A DNA stretch of 64,000 nucleotides from Candidatus Bathyarchaeota archaeon (GCA_963772765.1 CAVYYP010000013.1:637243-701242), one strand, 5' to 3'; shown: positions 29,303 through 39,417, numbered from the stretch's first letter. Numbers and translations: made by a program. The notes: generated by a model not told the origin, from the letters alone.

Positions 29303-29542
29303 TCATTTTTGTTTTTCAAGTTTGGCTACTTTCTTTTCCAAAGCCTCAATCTTTTTGGTCAAAGCGTTCATCTGCTTTTTCTGCTCCAACTGAAGGTTCT
29401 GTTTCTCTCGTTTCTGCTGTGCAATCTGCTCCTGAAAATAGCTGAACGTTTGCACCACCGAATTCATGCACGATTGGCATGCATGTTGCTGTTCTTCTTT
29501 TTGTCTATTCGAAACATCAACGCCAGACATTACAGACCACAC
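29303..29542 (-). CDS. small coiled-coil protein
   Basis: 79 aa with CQSC, then QQKREKQNLQLEQKKQMNALTKKIEALEKKVAKLEKQK. Confidence 0.4.
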   Translation of the reverse strand: MWSVMSGVDVSNRQKEEQQHACQSCMNSVVQTFSYFQEQIAQQKREKQNLQLEQKKQMNALTKKIEALEKKVAKLEKQK

Positions 29543-29613
29543 AGATACAATCTATCATGTAGAGTAAAATTGTTTTCCTATGACAGTTGGCAAAATACTC
29601 TCAAAACAGTCCG

Positions 29614-29629
29614 TACCTGACGTCAGGTA
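29614..29629. promoter_or_regulatory. perfect 16-bp palindrome upstream of the surface-protein gene
   Basis: TACCTGACGTCAGGTA lies about 90 bp upstream of the ATG at 29721. Confidence 0.4.
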
Positions 29630-29720
29630 ACCGTTTTTTGGCTGTTTTCCGTAAAGTTTATAGTAACACAAAGCTTATGCAACGATACAGGATTTATCAC
29701 AAAATTTTTGGGATTAAACA

Positions 29721-32327
29721 ATGAGAAAAACACGAACACTTCAACTCTGCCTAATTATTACAGCAACCATGATGCTACTTGTATCAAATTTTGTTCCAAG
29801 TGCACAACTAAAGGTTAATGCACAGAACGTCACTGGCACTTCGGCTGAAAGCAACCAGAGTCTGCTACAATATGAGTGGCCACAATTTGGAGGCAATGCG
29901 TCTACTTCACGGTTTTCGCAAGGTCCTGCGCCTTCAACTTCTAAAATTGTTTGGAAAGCCAACATAACAGACATTAGAAGCTTCATTGCAGCGTTTAATG
30001 GCATGGTTTTTGCGTGTTCGAACACTTCAGTTATTGCTCTTAACCCTGAAAATGGGGCAACCATTTGGGAAACTGAAGTTCCGATGAATGGAACATGGCC
30101 AATAGCATACAAAATCGACAGCACTCACATGCTTGTGGAAGGCACCTGCCTAGAAACACAGACTGGAGATATTTTATGGTCAAGTTCTTCGTTTTCTGCA
30201 GACACAGGAAACTTCAACCTTAACGTTTACAGTCCAGAAGAGAAAATGTTCTACGTCAAAAAACTCTCATATGTTGAAGCATGGGACTTTTCTGACCCCT
30301 CAACACCTCCAACACAGGTATGGAAAACGTATGTTCCCGGCGGCGGCAGGGTTGGCTCGGGAATAACTTATGGAGACGGCAAAGTGTTTCCCGGGTCTTT
30401 TGAAGACCTTCAGATGGCAATAGACGCCAAGACGGGCGACGTTCTTTGGACTACCCGCACAAAAACACCGATGATTTTCTCTGGCGCATACTCTGACGGA
30501 AAGTTTGTTCGCGGAGGCACAGACGACAACACAATGTACTGTTTCAACGCCACAAACGGTGACATCCTTTGGACTTACAACCCAGGAACAGACGGCTACT
30601 TCACTATCGGATGTGCAATCGCATATGGCATGGTCTATGAGCCAAACAAGGACGGAAAAATTTACGCCATAGACATAGACACGGGAGAGCTGGTTTGGTC
30701 ATATCAGGGACCAGGAACGATGCTATTTCCTGGAATGCCTACCGTTGCAGAAGGAAAGGTTTACGTCACGAGTGGTCAGGATGCGACTTTTGGTGCTCAT
30801 CCTACTGCTTCAGAGTTTGTGTGCTTGGATGCCTACACTGGCGATGTCATCTGGAAGCTTGCTGTTGAAGCGTTTGCGCCCAGAGAATCTATAGCCATTG
30901 CCTATGGAATGATGTTTATGATTCCAGGTGATGTAACCACAGCTGTTGATTCGTATTCTGGGAGCGAGTATACTACTAAGGGTCAGGTTTGGGCTTTCAG
31001 TGATGATTTGTCTCAGATTAATGGTTCTTGGTCAATGTTCAGAAGTGATGCAGAACGTTCCTCTATTGGCAACTTAGGTCCAGCAAACCTGACGATGGAA
31101 TGGAAATATACCACTGAGGGGGCTGTGATGTCTTCGCCTAGTGTTGTGGATGGCGTTTTGTATGCTGCTTCACAGGACAAGAACGTTTACGCAGTTAATG
31201 CGTGGAGCGGCAGTTTAATTTGGAAATTTGAGACAGAGGGCACTATCGAGTCTTCGCCAGCGGTTGTGGATGGAAAGGTTTTCATTGGAAGCGACGACGG
31301 CTACGTTTATTGTTTAGACTCTCTTAGTGGTGGTCTTGTTTGGAGACGATTTGTCCATGGCGACTTGCCGATTACTTCGGGAGCCGCTGTTATGCTTCGT
31401 TCTTCGCCTGCGGTTGTTGATAATATAGTGTATGTTGGGTCTGTTGACGGAAACCTGTACGCTCTTGACGCGGATGACGGCGACGTGTTGTGGACGTTTG
31501 ATACGACAGGAATAATTACGTCGTCTCCGGCAGTGGCGGATGGTGCCGTTTATGTTACTTCCGAAGAACCAAACGAAGGCGCCCTGTACAAGTTAGATGC
31601 ATATGATGGAAATTTGGTATGGAAGTTGCCTCTTGCGTATGAGCATCAGTTTACTGGCGGAACAGACATGCAGGGTACTCCCACGGTGGCGGATGGTATG
31701 GTGTTTGTTTCCACTAACATGCGGACATATTACGGTGTTAATACGGTTTCTGGAGATGTTGTTTGGACGTTTACGAACCCTCAGGCAACAGAATTCATTG
31801 TCTCTGCTCCGATTTATGTTGAGGGCAAGCTGTATGTTATTGACAAGTTTGACATAGCATGCCTGAATGCTTCTACAGGAAAGAAAATTTGGGGTTCATA
31901 TTCCGGAGATGAGCTTTATGTTTCGCCATCTTATGCTGACAACAGAATATACGTGGTCACCAGCCAACGTCACATCTTCATCATAGACGCTACGACGGGA
32001 GACAACTTTTTGGCATACACAACACCGTCTGCAAGCTGGTCCTCCCCAACCCCAATCAACGGAAGACTATACATAGGAAACAACGACTGGAACATTTACT
32101 GCCTAACAACAGCAGTCAGCTCCAATCCATCCGCCAGCACCGACGAGCCATCACCAAACGACGATGAACCCACACAAACCCCTGATGAGCCTTCAGCACC
32201 AACTGACGGAGAACCAGACGCTGAGCCCACAGAAGACAACTATCTTGTGCTAATTGGAGTCCTTGTAGTGATAGCTGTGGTTGTAGTTGCAGCTTATGCT
32301 TACTTTAGGCTGCGTAAACACAAATAA
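29721..32327 (+). CDS. PQQ-like beta-propeller repeat surface protein (signal peptide, C-terminal TM anchor)
   Basis: 868 aa and intact. Many repeats of the pattern G.(V/I)Y..S.DG.(V/L)YA(L/V)(D/N)...G..(L/I)W. A P/E/D-rich linker is followed by LVLIGVLVVIAVVVVAAYAYFRLRKHK. Confidence 0.85.
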   Translation: MRKTRTLQLCLIITATMMLLVSNFVPSAQLKVNAQNVTGTSAESNQSLLQYEWPQFGGNASTSRFSQGPAPSTSKIVWKANITDIRSFIAAFNGMVFACSNTSVIALNPENGATIWETEVPMNGTWPIAYKIDSTHMLVEGTCLETQTGDILWSSSSFSADTGNFNLNVYSPEEKMFYVKKLSYVEAWDFSDPSTPPTQVWKTYVPGGGRVGSGITYGDGKVFPGSFEDLQMAIDAKTGDVLWTTRTKTPMIFSGAYSDGKFVRGGTDDNTMYCFNATNGDILWTYNPGTDGYFTIGCAIAYGMVYEPNKDGKIYAIDIDTGELVWSYQGPGTMLFPGMPTVAEGKVYVTSGQDATFGAHPTASEFVCLDAYTGDVIWKLAVEAFAPRESIAIAYGMMFMIPGDVTTAVDSYSGSEYTTKGQVWAFSDDLSQINGSWSMFRSDAERSSIGNLGPANLTMEWKYTTEGAVMSSPSVVDGVLYAASQDKNVYAVNAWSGSLIWKFETEGTIESSPAVVDGKVFIGSDDGYVYCLDSLSGGLVWRRFVHGDLPITSGAAVMLRSSPAVVDNIVYVGSVDGNLYALDADDGDVLWTFDTTGIITSSPAVADGAVYVTSEEPNEGALYKLDAYDGNLVWKLPLAYEHQFTGGTDMQGTPTVADGMVFVSTNMRTYYGVNTVSGDVVWTFTNPQATEFIVSAPIYVEGKLYVIDKFDIACLNASTGKKIWGSYSGDELYVSPSYADNRIYVVTSQRHIFIIDATTGDNFLAYTTPSASWSSPTPINGRLYIGNNDWNIYCLTTAVSSNPSASTDEPSPNDDEPTQTPDEPSAPTDGEPDAEPTEDNYLVLIGVLVVIAVVVVAAYAYFRLRKHK

Positions 32328-32430
32328 TCTTCATGTTGGATTCAAAACTGACTGAAAAATCAAAAGTTGCTGTGCAGTATTTATCTTCCCTTCATATGTA
32401 TTATAACAAACTGTCTACTATTCTACGGTA

Positions 32431-33066
32431 GTGCTAGACTCGATGATGAATGCAAATAACAGTTGCAAGAATTCAAAAACGGGGCATAGTTGCGATTTAG
32501 CAAACTTTATCTCAATATTTGTTGCGCCCCCAACAGTGGCAGTAATAGCAACTATTTGCTTTTCTCTCTGGTCACCCATCGGCTTGGGTATACTTTCCGC
32601 GCCTTATAGTATTCTTCTGTGTTTTCTTTGCTTTGCCTTTTTCCCATTTCTAGGGATACTCTATTTTCACAGAAAAAAAGTTGTTGACCTGTACGTTTCA
32701 CAAAGAAAAGCCCGAACACCATTCTTCATAATAGCAATCGCCAGCTACGCCACTGCAGCCATAATCTTCTCTGCAACAAGCACAAAAATCATGTTCCTAT
32801 TAGCGCTGGGCTCGCTGTTCGTTTCAGTTATCTGTATGGGAATCAACGTGTTCTGGAAAGTCAGCATCCACTGTGCAGGCGTAACTGGACCAATATTTGC
32901 CCTAATCTTCGTATACGGTATAACCGCACTGCCCCTAGCGCCAATCGTGGGACTAGTAGGCTGGTCCAGAATCAAACTAAACAACCACACATTCGCCCAA
33001 ACACTCGGCGGAACACTACTCTCACTAACAGTCGGACTAGTAATCTACACAACACTATACTACTAA
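32431..33066 (+). CDS. PAP2-like membrane phosphatase family protein (tentative)
   Basis: Polytopic. Carries degenerate PAP2 motifs: RKARTP, VSIHCAG and SRIKLNNH. Confidence 0.45.
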   Translation: MLDSMMNANNSCKNSKTGHSCDLANFISIFVAPPTVAVIATICFSLWSPIGLGILSAPYSILLCFLCFAFFPFLGILYFHRKKVVDLYVSQRKARTPFFIIAIASYATAAIIFSATSTKIMFLLALGSLFVSVICMGINVFWKVSIHCAGVTGPIFALIFVYGITALPLAPIVGLVGWSRIKLNNHTFAQTLGGTLLSLTVGLVIYTTLYY

Positions 33067-33176
33067 CAAAATATTTCTTAGTCGCATAAGTGCATGAGGC
33101 TATAGTGAATTAGTGCAAAACAATAAAAATAATATAGAAAGGATCGTTTTTTATTAGTGTCTAGTAATTTGGGGTT

Positions 33177-33524
33177 GTGTCCATTTTGGAGATTACAAAA
33201 GTTAGTGAAACAGAAAGTAAAGAAAATCCTCACAGGGTTGATGCAAGACCTGTTTATTCTCATGAAAATGCGCAGGTGGTAATTTTGACTTTGCAGCCTG
33301 GCGAATCATTACGTAGACATATTACGTCTGTAGATGTCTTTTTCTACGTTTTAGAAGGTAGAGGACTTGTTGAGATTGGGGATGAAAAAAAGGAAGTTGA
33401 GAAAGACTCAATTGTTCACAGCCCCGCAAGGATAGTTCATTGCTGGTACAACACATCAGACAAGCTTTTACGAATCTTGGTAGCAAAAACTCCAAAGCCA
33501 AAAGAATCAACAATCTTACTCTAA
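33177..33524 (+). CDS. cupin domain protein
   Basis: The pattern LQPGESLRRHITSVDVFFYVLEGRGLVEIGDE...VHSPARIVHCWYN is cupin-like. Confidence 0.7.
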   Translation: MSILEITKVSETESKENPHRVDARPVYSHENAQVVILTLQPGESLRRHITSVDVFFYVLEGRGLVEIGDEKKEVEKDSIVHSPARIVHCWYNTSDKLLRILVAKTPKPKESTILL

Positions 33525-33685
33525 TTTGTCTTACAAACAGCTCATTATGCATTTTTGTTCCAAAATGGTGCTGGCTTTGCTTACATAAAAAATTGAAAGC
33601 TTCAAATAAGTCTACTCTTGAAGTACCTTTTTTATCAGCAAAATTCTGAAGCATAAATTTTATGAGGGTGCTCATTTTTTGAGTT

Positions 33686-34090
33686 ATGTTAAAGCTAGCC
33701 GAGTGTTTTGGAGGTTCATGGTTGCCTATTTTGTTAAAGCGTGTTTATGAGGATCCAAAAGTAAGCGATGGAAAACGGGTTCTTGTTGACCGACTTTGGC
33801 CTCGGGGTGTACGGAAAGATAAAGCAATGATTGATGAGTGGCTGAAAGACCTTTCACCCAGTAATCAGCTACGTAAATGGTTTAATCATGATCCAGATAA
33901 GTGGGATGAATTTAAGAAACGTTACTGGAAAGAGTTAGAGTCCAATAAACAACTTGTTTTAAGATTGGCCAAAGAAGCAAAGAAAAGCAAAATTACTTTT
34001 GTTTTTGGATCCAAAGAGAAGGAATTCAATAATGCTGTTGCTCTAAAAAAATATGTTGAGAACTATATCGAACCTAAAACAAAATCCTAA
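33686..34090 (+). CDS. DUF488 family protein
   Basis: KRVYEDPKVSDGKRVLVDRLWPRGVRKDKAMIDEWLKDLSPSNQLRKWFNHDPDKWDEFKKRY is the characteristic DUF488 pattern. Confidence 0.7.
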   Translation: MLKLAECFGGSWLPILLKRVYEDPKVSDGKRVLVDRLWPRGVRKDKAMIDEWLKDLSPSNQLRKWFNHDPDKWDEFKKRYWKELESNKQLVLRLAKEAKKSKITFVFGSKEKEFNNAVALKKYVENYIEPKTKS

Positions 34091-34116
34091 GCGAATCGCC
34101 ACAAAGGGTCTAAAGA

Positions 34117-34839
34117 TTAGATTTTTTTAAAGGCTTGTTTTGGAGCAAAACAAACTGGACAAACCCAGTCTTCAGGTAAATCATCAAAACTTGTTCCGGC
34201 TGTGATGCCGTGTTCAGGATCGCCTTGTTCTGGATTGTAGACATAGCCGCAAACTGTGCATTCATATTTTTGTAGTTCTTTTGAGATTTTGCTTAGTTTA
34301 GGTTTTTTCTCCTCTTTCTCGGAGACTATTTTTTCATATTTTTCATGAATCATTTTTCTGTCAAATTCCCAAAAATCATCAAGCATAGAATCCAGTTCGG
34401 GTTTTGAAAAATAGTTCATGCAGGGATAAAAGAAGTGTTTATCTTCTTTTTGGATATGTTTTGGGTACAAAGTAGAGAGCTCTTTTAGCAAAGCATTAAT
34501 TTCCATTATTGCTTTTTTGCTGCCTTGCCTGTACTTGGTGTTTGTTTCTTTTAGTTTGTTTACAGTTTTTCTTGCGTAAGCATGCTCTTCTATCAGTTCA
34601 TTCATGATGGTCTGGTGTTCCTGCTTTAGATTTTTGGTTGAAAGTTTTTTAAACAAAATGTCTTCTTCTTTGCCGTGATGGCATTTGTCAGCGTATGTTT
34701 TAAAAAAGTCGACAACAACTTCAATATAATTTGAATCGGTAACTTTTTTCTCGTTGATCTCAAGTTGTAAATTATTTATTATTTTGACCATTCTTTCAAT
34801 TAATCTGTGCTCTCTCATCAATGGTCCTATAGGTAACAA
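34117..34839 (-). CDS. hemerythrin-like domain fused to a C-terminal rubredoxin
   Basis: The N-terminal region has His/Glu pairs ([35 protein letters not shown]). The C-terminus [34 protein letters not shown] is a canonical rubredoxin. Confidence 0.75.
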   Translation of the reverse strand: MLPIGPLMREHRLIERMVKIINNLQLEINEKKVTDSNYIEVVVDFFKTYADKCHHGKEEDILFKKLSTKNLKQEHQTIMNELIEEHAYARKTVNKLKETNTKYRQGSKKAIMEINALLKELSTLYPKHIQKEDKHFFYPCMNYFSKPELDSMLDDFWEFDRKMIHEKYEKIVSEKEEKKPKLSKISKELQKYECTVCGYVYNPEQGDPEHGITAGTSFDDLPEDWVCPVCFAPKQAFKKI

Positions 34840-35009
34840 AAACGTGCACGCTCTAATTAAACAATCAATGTTACAGGCTATTAACCTTAACGTTCAAAAA
34901 TTATGAAAACACGTTCTTTGATAAGCACTGAACAATTTCAACATATGTCTATATGCTCATATCGCCGCAAATGATTTAGCGCCACACAGCTAGTTTATTC
35001 TTTGAAGAG

Positions 35010-35258
35010 GTGGATAATATGCCCATGGCTTTTGTTCTGATAAACGCCGATATTGGATCCGAAAACAAAATTTTAGACGAATTAAAGAAAATTAATGCCG
35101 TCAAGGAAGCCCACATGGTTTATGGCGTATATGATGTTGCAGCAAAAATTCATGCAGATACAATGGAACAACTTAAAGACATTGTCACATGGAAAGTGAG
35201 ACAATTAGATAGCGTCAGATCAACTCTAACACTTATTGTAATTGAAGAAAGGAAATAA
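35010..35258 (+). CDS. stand-alone Lrp/AsnC ligand-binding (RAM) domain protein
   Basis: 82 aa: AFVLINADIGSENKILDELKKINAVKEAHMVYGVYDVAAKIHADTMEQLKDIV. Confidence 0.65.
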   Translation: MDNMPMAFVLINADIGSENKILDELKKINAVKEAHMVYGVYDVAAKIHADTMEQLKDIVTWKVRQLDSVRSTLTLIVIEERK

Positions 35259-35425
35259 TGACACGCATATACTGCAATTGGACAACAGGGGCTACAATGA
35301 TTAGAATAGTACAATCTTTGATACTGTACACGTCATTAAGCAATCATTTTCACAGTCGCATCTTCATTAAATTTGAAGACCTAAAAAATCGACGTTTTGG
35401 TCAGCTTTTCCCATAAAAATGTCAG

Positions 35426-35472
35426 TGGTGGGCCGGACCGGATTTGAACCGGCGACCTTCTGCACGTCAAGC
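35426..35472. repeat. attL (partial tRNA-Val copy)
   Basis: TGGTGGGCCGGACCGGATTTGAACCGGCGACCTTCTGCACGTCAAGC is identical to 40491-40537. Confidence 0.85.
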
Positions 35473-36313
35473 TTCAGGTTCAAAGAGACAGTCTTTAGAT
35501 ATTAACAACGAAGAACTGTTGGAATTGTTCGATGAATTTCAAGTTGTGGATTTACAGAGAGCAGAAAAAACAGCTAAAGAGAAATTTACTACATTCGCAA
35601 ATTCCTGAATGAAGTCAAATTAAACTCAGTTGAGGTTAGGACTGAGGATGTCCGACATTACCTTAGAGATTTAGACGTTTCCAAACATGTTTACAAGAAC
35701 TATTTTTTTAGGAGCATTGAAAGTATTCTTCCGTGATTTCTTGCATCGTTCAGAGTTGGTTGATTCTTTCAAGTTTCCCCGACTCAAAGTTTAAGCCTAA
35801 AATTGTTCGAACAAAAAATGAGTTGAAAATTTTCTATGATTTAGTCAAATCCCAATGTTGGTAAGGCATTGTTCTTGGCATACGCTTTAAGTGGTTCAAG
35901 CAAAGAATGAAGTTTTTGGGCTTAACCAAAGGTAAGATAATACTTCCGAAAAACGGTTAATTGTTCCTACTGGTCACAATGGAATTACAAAAAATAGCTA
36001 TGTCAGTTTTTATAACAGTGAGACAGAACGAGGTATCCAATAAGATTGAGTTAGGGGGAGATAGATTATTCCAGCATCAGCGACAGACAATATAAGAAAA
36101 TTTGGAAGGTGGCTCAAAGAAGAAACGGGTGTTCATATAACTGCTCAGAAGCTTAGAGAGTGGTTCTGTTGTGAAATGGGAAACTTAGGAGTTAGTGACC
36201 GTTACATTGATGCTTTTTCGTGGAACAAAACACGAAAATCAGTTTTGGCGAGGCATTATACAAATTACAATCCTGAAAAACTAAAGAAAATTTATGAAAA
36301 AGCAAAATCTTGA
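35473..36313 (+). pseudogene. tyrosine recombinase Int(C) fragment, heavily degraded
   Basis: Reading on from the att repeat gives ..ASGSKRQSLDINNEELLELFDEFQVVDLQRAEKTAKEKFTTFAN. Shifted frames then give FLNEVKLNSVEVRTEDVRHYLRDL... and the C-terminal ITAQKLREWFCCEMGNLGVSDRYIDAF..RKSVLARHYTNYNPEKLKKIYEKA. Many stops. Confidence 0.65.
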
Positions 36314-36395
36314 GAAGTCCTGAAATAATTTTAATGAACCACAAGTCATAATCATACGCTAACCGGTCTCTATCTTTTTATTTTCAAGGTAATAT

Positions 36396-37348
36396 TCAAA
36401 AATATTCTCCTAATAGTTCATGTCTTTTTTCTATAGAACTTTTTGCAACTGCAGCTTGTGAAATGTAATACTGAAAATCCATTAGTTTTCGATATTTTCT
36501 GTCATAATCTAAGCCTTTTCCAGATTCAATTCGCAATTTATTAATAAATTTGATGTAAAACTCAGCAAAAATCTGTAATTTTTCTATTTCTTTCTTAATA
36601 ATTAACTCTTCAAAGAAAAGATAAGCTGAAACTATTGAAGCCCTATTTCGAAAATCCTCAGCATTTTCTCCAAAATATTTGTTCATATAATTTAGTGTCA
36701 CTTTAATTCTCTCAATCTCCACTCCAAATTTTTTCAAATTCGCATATTGTTCAAAGAAGCGTTTCAAGTCTCTAAATCTTGCAGAATAAAAACTATCTTG
36801 TAGCGAACGGTAAAAAGAATTTATGCATATTTGGGCGATAAACAGTTTCTTTTGCAAATCTCCTCTCAGGTATATTCACTTTAATGAAAAATGGGTGTTC
36901 TTTTCCAACTTTAAAAACAAAATCTCTAATATCTCCTTTCATTGCATGTAAGTTTAAAATTGCATTTAGGGGAGAACCTAATTGTAACCTTTGAAAAGAG
37001 AAGTCTCAAATCATCCTCTTCAGCTTTGGTTATAATAGCAACTGTGAATTTATACTCGAAAAGGTCATTTCGCTCATTTTCTGGCAATTGGTCGATGTTT
37101 CTTCCATCTAAAAGAGTTAATTCACCACTAAAAAATTCAATTATCGAAACAATACGTTGTTGTCCATCAACACAGTCATAGGTTTCAGAATCATCTGCTT
37201 TATACAAATACAGCTTAGGTATATCCAGTCCCCTTTGCATGGAATCTATTAGTTTTTTCTTCAAAGTTGATTCCAAACTGTTGGTTCTCTTTGATAATCT
37301 GGATATTGTATTAGGTTCCTCTTGGAATACAATTTTTTTGCGGACCAT
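36396..37348 (-). pseudogene. DUF262 (ParB-like nuclease superfamily) protein with two apparent frameshifts
   Basis: The DGQQR motif is present (YDCVDGQQRIVSIIEFF). After ...EDDLRLLF the conserved continuation QRLQLGSPLNA...GKEHPFF lies in another frame, with the shift at a T4 run on the minus strand. ORF 36396-36857 supplies the helical C-terminus. Confidence 0.65.
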
Positions 37349-37383
37349 TCTTTTATTGTTCTAATCATTTCTAATTGCCAAAT

Positions 37384-38412
37384 CTAATCGCCTAGGAACA
37401 TGTCAACATAGTTCAAATTCATTTTATCAATCGGAATGTGCTTATCTAGGAAAACTTGAATGTATCTTTTTAACCAATCTTCATAAACATTTTTGGATTT
37501 ATACTCTACTAAATCTTGACAGTTAGGTAATTCTCCTAGGACTTTCACTTCTTTAAGGAAACCATTATTTTTTCTAATTTCTTCTCCACCTTTGTGGCTT
37601 TTTATTAATTCAATTTGATAAGGTCTTTCAGCTCTTAATTGAGTCTTAAAAAGTAAGGACAATAACCCCCAATCATTTTGACTAAGAGAACAACCTACAA
37701 TTCTTAGTTTATCACAATCAAGTAGCTCGAATGCTTTGCCCCATAACATATTAAAAGGATATCTTTCTCGTTGTTTTTCCACACCCGGAGGAATCCACAA
37801 CATTTCACTTCTTTCCTTTGCTTGATTTTCATCTATTTTTGTTGACGGTATGCCACTCTTCCAATTGAAAGACCCATGCAATTTAATTAATGGCAAACAA
37901 TCATAAATCAGATTATATGTTCCCGATTCGCAATTACATTTAATACCATAATTTACCCCATTTAAAACGTTCTGACAAGCTTGGTCTAATAAACTATCAT
38001 AGTTGACAGTAATTAATCCTGTAAGTTGTTCTATTTTTTTAACTTCTTCAATTTCATGTATTTGTAGTAATGTCATTGTAAGTATGGGGTCAATAGTTTT
38101 ATCGTCCAGTAATAATTTATCTTCTATTATGTCACAGAATATACTTTTGAGCTTACTTGCTGCATCTGAATATCTTTGTATGCTCATAGATTCTAATAGA
38201 CTTATGTAAATTTCAATATCTGTTATATCATCTGTTGCAATGTTGCCTAAAACATCTGCCAAATCACGGTCCTCAATTGCCTTTTCTACAACTAACTCAG
38301 ACACAGCCCGCAAAGAAAGAGATTGTTCTATGCCCGAGTAAGAGGCTTCAGCCATAGTTGAACCAGCACCAAATAGGTAAACAATTCTTTCGGGGGAGGC
38401 ATAAATAGGCAC
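37384..38412 (-). CDS. SIR2-like (SIR2_2-type) protein, candidate NADase effector
   Basis: Sirtuin-fold motifs appear in order: LFGAGST (GAGxS), TVNYDSLLD (TxNxD), LIKLHGSFNW (catalytic HG), then RIVGCSLSQNDW. 342 aa and intact. Confidence 0.7.
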   Translation of the reverse strand: MPIYASPERIVYLFGAGSTMAEASYSGIEQSLSLRAVSELVVEKAIEDRDLADVLGNIATDDITDIEIYISLLESMSIQRYSDAASKLKSIFCDIIEDKLLLDDKTIDPILTMTLLQIHEIEEVKKIEQLTGLITVNYDSLLDQACQNVLNGVNYGIKCNCESGTYNLIYDCLPLIKLHGSFNWKSGIPSTKIDENQAKERSEMLWIPPGVEKQRERYPFNMLWGKAFELLDCDKLRIVGCSLSQNDWGLLSLLFKTQLRAERPYQIELIKSHKGGEEIRKNNGFLKEVKVLGELPNCQDLVEYKSKNVYEDWLKRYIQVFLDKHIPIDKMNLNYVDMFLGD

Positions 38413-38596
38413 TTATTGAAATAAAGTATTTCTTAAAATATAAAATAGTTCTCTTGAGAATGTTTTATCGCTTTTTCCTTTGTTCTTTATGCTTTTCAAT
38501 TTGGAAGTGATAGCTATTCGTGATTCAGAAGTTTTAATTACAATATAAGAAGAAATCACATAACAGTGAAAGAATAATTAGAAAAGGGGTTATCTG

Positions 38597-39352
38597 ATGG
38601 ATTATTCAGAGTTTGTAAAAAAGCTCAAGGATATTGAAAAAATGGGATTCATCAAATCCCATCGGAAAGGTTCAACAGGAATAGGAAAAACATTAGAAGA
38701 CCTTCTTGGAATAGCTGAAAATAATATTCCAGGTCCTGACTTTTCAAAACATGAACTAAAAAGTGCAAGAAAAAATTCTAGTTCTATGCTAACTCTATTC
38801 ACTAAAGCTCCTCTTCAAAAAGGAGCTAATAATCAATTACTTGAAAAATGTGGTTATCAACAGCGTAAAGTCCCCATAGATTATCAACAATTTGACTCTT
38901 TTCTAGGAACAAAAAAAGAAGGTGAAAATAATATTCCTTTGTATGAAAAAGAATTGCATTCAACAGTTGACGCTATTAAGCCCAACGCTCAAAATTTGAT
39001 ATTAAGAATAGTGGGTAACAAATTGATTATTGGAAACGATAAGGACGTGGATGCATATTATGAAAATAACATTTTGAAAGAAACCTTTGAAAAAAAATAT
39101 AATAAACTTGTGTATGTTTTGGCTGAAAATAAGAAAGAGAAGGGTGAGGAATTTTTTTGGTTTAATGAGGCATATCATCTTGATGGTTTTAGTTTCGAAA
39201 GATTTTCAACATTAGTTGATGAAGGTTTATTGAAAGTTGACCTACGTATGGGACATTATTCGAATGGTCGACCTCATGACCATGGAACAGGTTTCAGAAT
39301 AATGCCTAGATATTTACCTAGATGTTTTGAAAAAATTGAGACCATATTATGA
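38597..39352 (+). CDS. MvaI/BcnI-like type II restriction endonuclease
   Basis: GFIKSHRKGSTGIGKTLEDLLGIAENNIPGPDFSKHELKSARKNSSSMLTLFTKAP matches my recollection of the MvaI_BcnI family N-terminus. It is convergent with a methyltransferase. Confidence 0.6.
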   Translation: MDYSEFVKKLKDIEKMGFIKSHRKGSTGIGKTLEDLLGIAENNIPGPDFSKHELKSARKNSSSMLTLFTKAPLQKGANNQLLEKCGYQQRKVPIDYQQFDSFLGTKKEGENNIPLYEKELHSTVDAIKPNAQNLILRIVGNKLIIGNDKDVDAYYENNILKETFEKKYNKLVYVLAENKKEKGEEFFWFNEAYHLDGFSFERFSTLVDEGLLKVDLRMGHYSNGRPHDHGTGFRIMPRYLPRCFEKIETIL

Positions 39353-39417
39353 TTATTTTGGCGGTCTCCAGAAATCGAGAAATATATTCCATTGTTGCTC
39401 CTAAAGAGATGAAATTA

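Noticed and set aside
33322-33675. ORFs 33322-33675 (-) and 33440-33649 (+)
   Set aside because: They overlap the well-supported cupin gene and its downstream spacer, and they show no motifs.
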